Source: Callorhinchus milii
Lineage: Eukaryota
Direction of reading: 5' to 3'
Length of the DNA: 64,000 nt
Assembly (NCBI RefSeq): GCF_018977255.1
Contig: NW_024704744.1
Coordinates: forward strand, 63,612,001-63,676,000
Shown piece after piece: positions 52,378-64,000 of this stretch. The stretch's first letter is position 1. Every line of letters begins with the position of its first letter. Under the pieces are notes generated by a model. That model saw only the letters and a program-made list of their open reading frames with translations. It was not told the origin of the DNA and searched no databases. The translations under genes were made by a program, and so were the position numbers.

Positions 52378-52550
52378 CAGTTACCTCCTGATAATTCATT
52401 ACTCCAAGGAAAAAGGGTTCAGTGTTGAGTTATCCAGAGTGGCGTGTTAGACATTTTTATAAATACATAAATGCAGCTGGAATATTGACAGCATGATGAC
52501 GTAATGGTAGTGATAAGTTAAGCCAGAGTTGAGTTATCAGGAGTTTACTG
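52378..52550. mobile_element. Tc1/mariner (pogo/Tigger-like) MITE of about 173 bp
   Basis: TIRs CAGTTACCTCCTGATAATTCA and TGAGTTATCAGGAGTTTACTG (18/21 match), with TA on the right flank. Confidence 0.7.
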
Positions 52551-52781
52551 TATACTATATTGTAAAACTATATTTGTGATGTTTAATTTTTTTTACGGCT
52601 TTTAATTAATCGTTATATACGTTTAGAATGAAATCTACCCATAATCCTTTAATAAGGTTGGTTTGATTTAATGAGTAGCTTAGCAGGGGTTAAAATTAGC
52701 TTTGCTGGACCAGTCAAGGTTAGCTTCTGATTACATTCCATGTTTTCCTGGGAAGATGTTCTCTCCTCTGAGATAATGAGC

Positions 52782-53165
52782 AACAACAACAACAACAAGA
52801 TTACATTTGTATAGCGCCTTTCACGTCGGGAGGACATCCCAAGATGCTGGACAGTATACAGCATTTCAGACTCGAGCTGGAGTCAAGGGGGGAGAAGGGA
52901 GGGGAGAGGAAGGGGGGTGGAGTGGGTCGGGGGACGTGGAGCAGGCCAGAGCTGGCTGAAGGGAGGGAGCGGGCGGGTTGGTAGGGGGTTAGGAGGTCAC
53001 AGAGGTAGGGTGGGGAGAGGCCATGGAGGGCTTTGTAGGTGAGGACCAGGATCTTGAACTGGATCCTCTGAAGGATAGGGAGCCAATAGAGTCGGGCGAG
53101 AATGGGGGAGATGGGGTCACAGAGTTTGGTACGGGAGAGGACACGGGCTGCATAGTTCTGGAGCA
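52782..53165 (-). mobile_element. L2 3' fragment
   Basis: AARVLSRTKLCDPISPILARLYWLPI; (CAA)n antisense tail. Confidence 0.85.
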
Positions 53166-53834
53166 ATCGGGTCCTTGAGCATAGATGTAAGAATAATGGA
53201 CCACAGAATGGAAAGGCTGCAGCTTCAGACACCTGTCTATCTCAAGGCTAAGAAGCAAGTAGGCTGTAGGAGGCTGCCCAGAAGTTGTCCATATCTCTCT
53301 CTGTGCAAAGCAGCCTGCGAAGGGTGGGGGCTATCTCTGTGACGAGGGGAGATGGAGTTAGAAACGCACAAAAGGTGTAACTTTGAAATAGTTGGAGTTG
53401 TGTAAAGGGTTAATGCACTTCCCAGTGGAATCAATATTGATTCTACTGTATCTATGGTCTCAGTTTTAAGAATAAATTAAACTATTTGTATTACTTAATA
53501 AACCTCGGTCGTTTCCATCCGAATCTCTTACATACTCTTATTACTAGAATGCTTTTAAGAATCTCACAAAAATCAGAAAAATCCCAGGAGCCAGAGTAAT
53601 ATGTTCTAATGATAAGAATGTATTTCAATCAGTGCTGATATAGAAGGAGTAGTGGAGTTGCACAGCAGTCCAATGTCATCCTTCCATTTGTTCTGAAAAT
53701 TAATACATCTATTGTATTAAAAAGCAAGTACACTCACATATTAATATTTTGTGTATTGTAAAAGTATCTTGAGTTAAGAAAACAATTCGGTTTGCATTTG
53801 CACATTTTATTGAAAATGTGAACTAACATTCATT

Positions 53835-54126
53835 GGAGTCCTGTAGCTCAGTGGTTAGAGCACTCGCTTTGCAAGTGAGAGACCTGAGTTCAATTCCAGG
53901 CAGGGCGAAACCTTGGGCAAGTTTCCTTACTCCACACGCCTAATAATAATCCCTCCAAAAAAACAAAAAAAAACAATAATAAATTGGTCATTTTCAATCT
54001 ACGACTGTTTGTGGGACATTGCTGTGCGCAATTGGCTGCCGCGTTCGCCACAATATACAGGGGACGTCTCCGACGTGAAAAGCGCTATATCAAATGCAAG
54101 GATTATTATTATTATTATTATTATAA
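53835..54126 (+). mobile_element. tRNA-headed SINE, subfamily A, with an internal deletion
   Basis: A and B boxes, tail GGGACGTCTCCGACGTGAAAAGCGCTATATCAAATGCAAGG(ATT)n. Confidence 0.92.
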
Positions 54127-57100
54127 TGTCTATTAAGTCTTAAAGAAATGTTTTCTTGATAATAGGGTAGATATCACAACTTTTTGGTCACTGTAAAATA
54201 ACTTCCCCTCAAACGGCTTTATATGAAAAAAATGAGGATTTTAAGAAAGATTCATAGGTACTTGGAAAGAAAGGAAATAAGAAACATAATAATACTCCTT
54301 GCTTTTGATATAATGCCTTATCATATTATTGAAACAACAAAAAGAGCTCCGCGGGATTTATTATAGCATATAGTGACTATATATTGTAAGCTAACTAGAA
54401 GAGCAAAATTGTCTAAATCAATTTTTATGATCAAGTGCTTGTATGTTATTAACACGTTTCCAGTAGAGCTTTATACGTGAATATAAAAAAAACACGGGAT
54501 TAAAAATAGAAACTCCATGACTATTAAATGACTGTGGAGGAGGCTGGATGAGGCAAATTGCCCATGTTTATTTTATGATAGAGCTTTATGTTAACACATT
54601 TTTCAGTAAAGATTTATACTGCAATAAATGAATTAGTAGAGTACATAAATCAAGTTTTAGGTACCACTTAAAGTGCAATTTTTTCCATGTTCCATTATTC
54701 AAATAACATCTAGAATAATAATTCGAAATAAATAGACGAAGTATTTAAAAAATCTTATTGTCAATTAACAACAACAACAAGATTACATTTGTATAGCGCC
54801 TTTCACGTCGGGAGGTCGTCCCAATGAAATAAAATTAAATTAAAGGAGCAATATGTATTTTTATTCATGTTATGTTAGTAAAATTTAAATGAAAGTTACA
54901 TATAAAATTTTAAATGAAAGTTACATATAAATTCATGTTCTGGCATCTCCCACTCTGACCTGCCTGTACTCCACTCTTCTGCCCGCCTCCTTCACTCAGC
55001 TAATACTGGTCTGTCTCGGGTCCCTCGAACCCTCCACTCCACCATCAGTGCCCATACCTTCAGCTACTACTTCACTAACATCTGGAACTGACTCTGAATT
55101 ACCCCCTCTTTATCTTTAAATCCCATTTTAAGACCTAATTCTTCGACTCCACCCTCTTCTCCCTTGCTCAATGTCCAACCAACCCACCGTGGACACTCCG
55201 TAGTGCTCTCCTGTGTGAAGAGTGCTATATAAATATGTTGTTGCTCTTTACTGCAACAGATGAAAGATGTAATTTCATCTTTCTCTGCCATCAGCTATCC
55301 AGAGAACACTTTTAAGTTGTTTTATTATTAAACAGCGCTAGTGACCTCCTTGCTCATTGATTTCCACCTCCTACGTTTGCCTACAAAACACAGTTACTTC
55401 ACTTTATAATATATCCTGTGAAGTCCTTTGGTATGACCTCCTGAAGTGAAAGGCACAATACCAAATGCAATGATTATTATTATGTTATCTGTTGCTTCTC
55501 TGCATTCAACCTGAAAAATGAGATCAGCTTGTAGGTGGATGGGAAAGTGCCGCTGCTTTTGTTCCACCCACACATTTTACACATCAGTTCTGACATGTTA
55601 GTAGGAGAAATAATCTACTTCTTGCTAGGTGCAATTGGATCCCCATATCCTAGAGGACCGACTTCAAGATCCCCACCTTCACAAACAAATGCCTTCACAC
55701 CCTAGCACGTACCTACCACTTTGACCTGCTTGTACCCCATTCCTCTGCCCATTCCCTTTGCTCAGCTAATACAGACTTGTTGTGCATCACCCAACCTCTG
55801 GGTACCACCATTGGTGGCCTTGCCTTCAGCCACTACACTTTTGCCCCATCTCAATCTGTCCGCCTCCCACCCTGTTTATCTATCTTTAAATCCCACTTGA
55901 CAATCGACTTCTTTGACTGCGTCTACGGTCACCTCCCCTATTCTGCCATTGTGCAGATCTCCGTGATTCTATCCAGTGCTATATAAATGCAAGTTATTGT
56001 TTTTCTCCTGGTTATTTTAGTATTTTTGGCAGATTTTTAATGGAGGAATCTAATGTTTACAAGAATTAGTGTATTATTCCTTAAATAATAATAAAAATTA
56101 CAAAGTTAAATTGTAAATATTTAGCCAAAATAAATGACCTCAATACTCAGAGAATTCACTTACAATATATATATAAATATAGGAACAGGGGAAGCCATTC
56201 AGCCCCTCAAGCCTGTTCCGTCATTCTATTAGATCATAACTGAATAGTACCTCAACTCCAATTACTTGCCTTTGCCCCATATCCCTTGATCCCAGCTCGA
56301 GTCTGAAATGCTGTACACTGTCCAGCGCCTTAGGATGTCCTACCGACGTAATCTTGTTGTTACAATAGATAGAACTCTCGGTTATTCCAGCAAAATAAAC
56401 ATCATAGATCAGTCCATTTCTAAACTCTATAACCGATTAGTCCAAAAGCTTCAGAACTTTTACTTTCACACTAACAACCCTTTACTTTTTCCTGAATGTA
56501 GACATTCATCCATTGATCCATCGCTCCATTCACACAAGTAGGTGGTCTTTCTTTCACTCTATTTTTGCCTCAAATATTTCCACTTTCTCTGCCTCCACCA
56601 GAGTAGTTAAAGCTTTAAAGAATGGATCATTTTATACAAGGCATCAGTAAAACTTCATAACCTGAGTTATACCTTGTGCACATACACAGAACATCATTGC
56701 TAATTCATTCAGCTAACAGCCAGGAAAAAATAAAATGTCAGGTTCTGCTAATGTGAAATGCTATGGGAGTAGGACTGCGAATCAGAAATATTCTTGATAT
56801 GAAGTGGTGGTCAGAGAAAGCAGGACTGATGTATACGATGCAAGTTGTGTTCCGTCAGCATGAAGTAATGTTCGGTAAGTACTGTTCATTTGATAATCTC
56901 AAGTACTGAAGGGAGAAGTACTGCGTAGATAAGTACCATCATTGTAAACTATTTTAGAGATCCTGTATCATTGTACAATGCTGTCTTGTAAAGAATGGAT
57001 GGTTAGGAGTGCTGTTGATTTATTTGGTGTAACTGTGAAAATGGACAAGACAGAAACCTCCTCCTTGGCTCCCATCATTACCTTGGGCAAGTTTCCTTGC

Positions 57101-57354
57101 TCCACATGCCTAACAATAATCTCTCCAAAACAACAAAAAATAATAAATTTGTCATTTTCAATCCACAACTGTTTGTGGGACACTGCTGTGCGCAATTGGC
57201 TGCCGAGTTTCACCCACAAGTATATGGTCAATTAACTTTACAGCACATTCGGTGAAGCGTTTTGAGATGTCTAGAAGACGTGAAAATCGCTATATCAAAT
57301 GCAAGGATTATTATTATTATCAACATCTCCTCACCTATGATTGTGAACTTGTGA

Positions 57355-57934
57355 ACTTCCCTCCACAAGCTGCAGGTCATTCAGAACTCTGCAGTTCATG
57401 TACTGTCCCGCACGAGGCTTCACGACCACATCACTCCCACCCTCGCTCGCCTCCACTGGCTTCCCATCCCCCAGAGGATCGAATTCAAGATCCTCATCCT
57501 CACCTACAAGGCCATTCACGGCCTCGCTCCCTCCTACCTCTCTGACCTACTATCCCCCTACCTACCTGCCCGTACCCTCCGTTCCTCTGGCTCCGGTCTG
57601 CTCCACATCCCCCGCCCCAACCGCCCTACCATCGGTGGCCGGGCCTTCAGCCTCAGCCCCCAGGCTCTGGAACTCTATCCCCCAGTGCGGCTCTGGAACT
57701 CTATCCCCCAGTGCCTTCGCCGCCTCCTCCCTTTCCTCCTTCAAGGCCAGTCTCAAGACCTTTCTTTTTGACCGAGCCTTCAGCTCCCCTCTCGACTCTC
57801 TACCCCCTCCTCACTCCCTCCCTTCCCGCACCCTGACCATTTCCCCCCTGCTCAGGTCCTGACCCAACTGTGCAGCGCCTTGGGACGTCCTCCCGACGTG
57901 AAAGGCGCTCTATAAATGGAATCTTGTTGTTGTT
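57355..57934 (+). mobile_element. Young L2 3' fragment with an internal tandem duplication of about 25 bp
   Basis: Near-identical to the copies at 15.5 kb and 26.7 kb. Confidence 0.92.
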
Positions 57935-59169
57935 TGCCTTCCTAGCCTATTCCTCAGATTCACCGAACCTGTACTCAAACGTTGCATTAGGTTTCATCTT
58001 CAGTTATCCTTACTTCCCCACATCTGGTCCCTTCCCCCATCACCCAAGTTCTTGTCAGGCTCCATTAGCTCCCTGTTACTTTCAAATCACTTCACACCCT
58101 GGCACCTCCCGACCTTTCCAATCTGCTCACACTCCGCTATCCGTCGCTTTCCCTCGGCTGGCATGTCCCTTGATCTCTCCACTCCACCACTGGTGGCCAT
58201 GCTTTCATCACTATGCCCCAAATCTCTGGAACGCCTTGTCTCAATCAATCTGTCTTGCCCCCTCTCTGCCTACCTTCAAATCACTTGAAGCACCAAATCA
58301 GTGTCCCCAGCTTCACTATAAACAAGGTCCAAATGATACAAAACTCTGCTGCCTTCATTGGAAAGATTGATGACAAGTCTTGTTCATGTAAATACTGTAA
58401 GAAAATGTTGTCACTAAGATGCACTGTATAATAAATTATTAGCAACTGATTGGAAAAGGGGCTCAATAAATTGATTTGTGGCACCAATATCTTGGTAGTC
58501 TTGGGTTTGATTCACCTATGTTATATATCTTCAATAAGCTTTGTATGGGTTTCCTTTTCTAGTGTGCTGAAATGTTTGTGTACTCATGGTTGAAATGCCA
58601 AATCTATTATTCTAATTATAAATTCAGTTGTGTATAATTTCTGTTCTCTTGATATGAAATAAATATTTTTGGCAATTTAAAGTATACCATCAGTGTTTCC
58701 CAGGGTAGTCAGACAGACAGATGCAAGTAGCAAACTAGTGAATAGCAGGGGCTCGGGGAGCGAGCTAATGGGTTGTCAGCAGGACAAAAATGCGGCAAAA
58801 ATGGGATGCAAAGCTTTAAAGTCTGATTTTTTTTCCCTGTTCTATATAAAGCTGTTAACTATCCAAGCGTACGGCGGTGCACAAATAAGACAGGAGGTAA
58901 AATAAAGTCCTCTCTGCACACGACAGCTCGGAGCCGCAGGTACTTCAGACACGAGCTACTGTCCTGGAACTGGCAGCTCCGGGTATACTATAGCTGACAC
59001 GTTTAGTGGTGCGGAACTTGCAAGAAGTCAAGGGTAAGTGTGAGGAACCACAGAGCGCTTCACGAAAGCGGCTTTCCTGGGCAACCGCTCGACACCTTCA
59101 GCGAAGCGACTAAGTGTTGAGGGGCTCGGGTCGCCCTCGGCCCGCCAGCCGCTGCGCTGATTTTTTTAA

Positions 59170-60700
<1,531 letters not shown>

Positions 60701-60784
60701 AGTAGTAGTATCCACCGACAAGATCACAAGGGATGCTTCCACCAAGAACGTATTTTGGTCCATTTCATGAAACGCTATTGCCCA

Positions 60785-61440
60785 GAAACGGCCCTGTTCC
60801 TTTTAACCACGGAACACCCAATCCTACATTCCTGTTGCTTTTCATATACCCTTTAATATTCCCCCCCGTCAAGCATTTATCAAATTCCCTTTTAAAATAT
60901 ATTTTAGATTCTGCTTGAACAACGTTTGATGGCGCATTCCAACCTCCCACTGGGTAAAGAATTTAAAGAATTTAGCTTTCTAGTTTTCCTTTTATTTCTT
61001 TTTTTTAACACTATATGTGTCATCTCGTTACTGATTTATTCCCAGTGCATTTTATCTATTACTTGTTATCATAATTCTTCGTGATCGTTTAGACCTTTAT
61101 GAAATTACATTGTACCTTCTCAGCTCATCCAAAGGCATCATTTCTCATTTCACTTCACAACTAAAACCATTCACCCCTTGTAACATCCTAATGGATCTAT
61201 GCTGTGATTTTCCCATTGTTTATGTATATTTACATTAATGGGATGTACAAAACTATATGTATTATTCAACTCTTCCTTAATTAAGGTTTTGGACAAATTC
61301 AATATTATCCTCTTTTTGAATACTTTGCCTTTGGATATAAAACCAAGTTTTCTTTACCTTTTCTCTACCTGTGCAATCACCTTTAATGACCTGAATATCT
61401 GTACATCAAGGTCCCTCTTGTTCTTTCAAACTCACCCTGT
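60785..61440 (-). mobile_element. Degenerate CR1-clade LINE fragment
   Basis: Minus-strand WNAPSNVVQAESKIYFKREFDKCL. Confidence 0.6.
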
Positions 61441-63104
61441 CTAATCATTTCTCACATTTGATCCCTGTAACACTGGGGATCAGCCTCAGTGCACTTTACA
61501 TGTGGATCTCAAGTATTCAACCTTGAATGAAGCAAGCTAACTAAGGATGACCATTTTACTTCATTTCAGCATTCTCCGTACAAGTAGGCTTGCCAGCCCC
61601 AGGAGGTATAAAAACAACAATCCTTTCTGAACGCCCACAATGGTTTTCTAAGAAATGTACAAGATTTCTTTGCAATTGAGGGTTCTCTTACAAAATACAC
61701 AATCATATAGTTTACAGTAAATCTTGTGAAGCACTTTGAGGTGTCCGCCCAACATGAAAGGTGGTATGTCAAATGCTAGGATTATTACTATAATATTATT
61801 TTATTATTAGGGAATCTGAATAATGCCATGATAAAAGGAAGAGAGAAAGAAATTCAACCATTCTTAAAATGACCTTCTGACAACGATCCAGGCCCTTTGA
61901 TAGTAAATGCCAGGGTTGCCTTGATCTTAAACATGGTGATTTTGACTACAGATGTCACCACCCCATAGGTACAGACACTGGTCTGAATCTCCCAAAGGCT
62001 GAGGATATTGATTTTTGGGATTAGTTTCAGTGCTGTTTTTGAGCATCAAGGCGATTTAAATTTTGATACCAAAGCAGCTGTCAATAACGGCAAAGGAAGA
62101 TAAATTCTACTGAGTACATTAACCCTCAACTGACCTAGTTTACACACCTATCCCAAGAACACTCTGCTGTCCATTTTCAGATGGAACCATTTTGGAAAGA
62201 GTCTGAACCTTGTATTCCCTGATCACGAGACTAGGTGATTTGACTCATGGAGAAGAAACCAATATACATTTGCGTAGTTCAGCTCAGATGGGAATTGCTT
62301 AGCAACAGATCTACTAAGGCAAATTTTATTCATAGCAGGCACCCCATCATTATCCTTACTAGTAAAATTGTTGTGATTTCATTGGTACATTATTGGCTAC
62401 CTGCGTAGCACACATTTAAACACAATCATAGGAAATGTGCCACTTTGCCTGAAGAAAAAGATGCACAATTGTTGACAGAATCAGACCTAGGACTAATCAA
62501 TCCAGCAGGATTTTTCCGAGATATATGCTGGTTTTCTGAATACTGACAGAATAAAGATACAATGATAATCCTTGCATTTGATACAGTGCCTTTCACATCA
62601 TCAACAACAACAACAAGATTACATTTGTATAGTGCCTTTCACGTCGGGAGGACGTCCCAGTGTACAGCATTTCAGACTCGAGCAGGGGTCGGGGGGGAGA
62701 GGGGAGGGGAAGGTGGGTGGCCGATGGTATGGTCGAAGAGGATGTCTTGAAGTGCTTGATAGCATTTTACTGTAAAATGTATTAACTGTGTATTTCATTG
62801 GCAATTCTGAAAGAGCCCCTAGCACCCTTGTCATACGAACAGAACATAAGGGAACAGAAAGTGTCATTTAGCTGCCGAGCCTTTTCTGCCTTTTATTAGA
62901 GTATGGCAGATCTTTTAGTCTTACTTCCCACCCTTTCTCCACATTCCTCCAACTCTATGTGTGAAGACATATTTCCTGGTGGGTTTAGCTCTAAAACTCA
63001 AATTATTTTCCATATTTAAAAAATCAGTACATTAAACACTGTATTAAATAAATGTAGGTAATTCAGTCTTCTATATAGGCTTTCACAAGGACAAAGAGTG
63101 TTTA

Positions 63105-63800
63105 CAACAACAACAAGATTCCATTTATAAAGCGCCTTTCACGTCAGGAGGACGTCCCAAGGCGCTGCACAGTTGGGTCATGACCCGAGCAGGGGGGAAA
63201 TGGTCAGGGGAGGGGAGAGAGCGAGGAGGGGGGAAATGGTCAGGGTGAGGGGAGGGATGGGAGGGAGCGAGAAGGGGGAAGAGAGTCGAGAGGGGAGGTG
63301 AAGGCTCGGTCAAAGAGAAAGGTTTGGAGACCGGCCTTGAAGGAGGAAAAGGAGGAGGCGGCGAAGGCACTGGGGGATAGAGTTCCAGAGCCTCGGGGCT
63401 GAGAGGCTGAAGGCCCGACCACCAATGGTAGGGCGATTGGGGCGGGGGACGTGGAGCAGACCGGAGCCGGAGGAACGGAGGGTACGGGCAGGTAGGTAGG
63501 GGGATAGTAGGTCGGAGAGGTAGGAGGGAGCAAGGCCGTGAATGGCCTTGTAGGTGAGAATGAGGATCTTGAAATCAATCCTCTGGGGGATGGGGAGCCA
63601 GTGGAGGCGAGCGAGGGAGGGAGTGATGTGGTCCCGAAGCCTGGTGCGGGACAGTACACGAACTGCAGAGTTCTGGATGACCTGCAGCTTGTGGAGGGAG
63701 GTGGCGGGAAGGCCGGCGAGGAGAGAGTTCCCATAGTCCAGCCTTGAGGTGACAAAGGCGTGAACCAGGGTTTCAGCAGCCTGAGGGGTGAGGTAATGGC
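63105..63800 (-). mobile_element. Young L2 3' fragment in TRIM67 intron 1
   Basis: HAFVTSRLDYGNSLLAGLP...APRLWNSIP; (CAA)n antisense tail. Confidence 0.93.
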
Positions 63801-64000
63801 GTTTACATTTCTTAATATTATTGCTCCTGCTTGGGCAGTATTTGTGACTGGCATCAAATATGTTTTTGAATGGCAGTAACATTAATTTTGATATCTGTAT
63901 TCACACTTGATTTGACTGAAACTTCCCTTATTATCATGTGGAATTTAAAAGTTCAGGATATGTAAAGATGAGAAGTTAATTTTTAAGCATTTGCTTATGT

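Noticed and set aside
54879-54932. Short tandem duplications (also near 12972, 13422, 25110, 29030 and 57663)
   Set aside because: Ordinary slippage duplications with no further structure.

Overview
This is eukaryotic vertebrate genomic DNA. The repeat content (L2 LINEs, tRNA-Ala-headed SINEs sharing the L2 tail, Deu-type SINEs, shark-type CR1 and Penelope-type fragments) points to a cartilaginous fish, probably a holocephalan; that assignment is inference. Five intron-containing genes were reconstructed by hand from splice signals and remembered homology: SPAST exon 1 (-), complete DPY30 (+, 5 coding exons, 106 aa), complete PSEN2 (-, 10 coding exons, 461 aa), complete FAM89A (-, 2 exons, 178 aa) and TRIM67 exon 1 (+). 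Most ORFs in the supplied track are artefacts of repeats or antisense frames. The best leads are a U2-snRNA-headed, tandemly duplicated unit at about 38.3-39.3 kb, an array of about 23 CCAAT-derived repeat units on the SPAST promoter, a SINE whose roughly 220-bp 5' flank recurs at two loci, a roughly 510-bp old palindromic element next to a degenerate hammerhead motif, an overlapping uORF over the SPAST M1 start, and inverted L2 sequences bracketing three PSEN2 exons. Repeat boundaries are approximate and no database searches were run.
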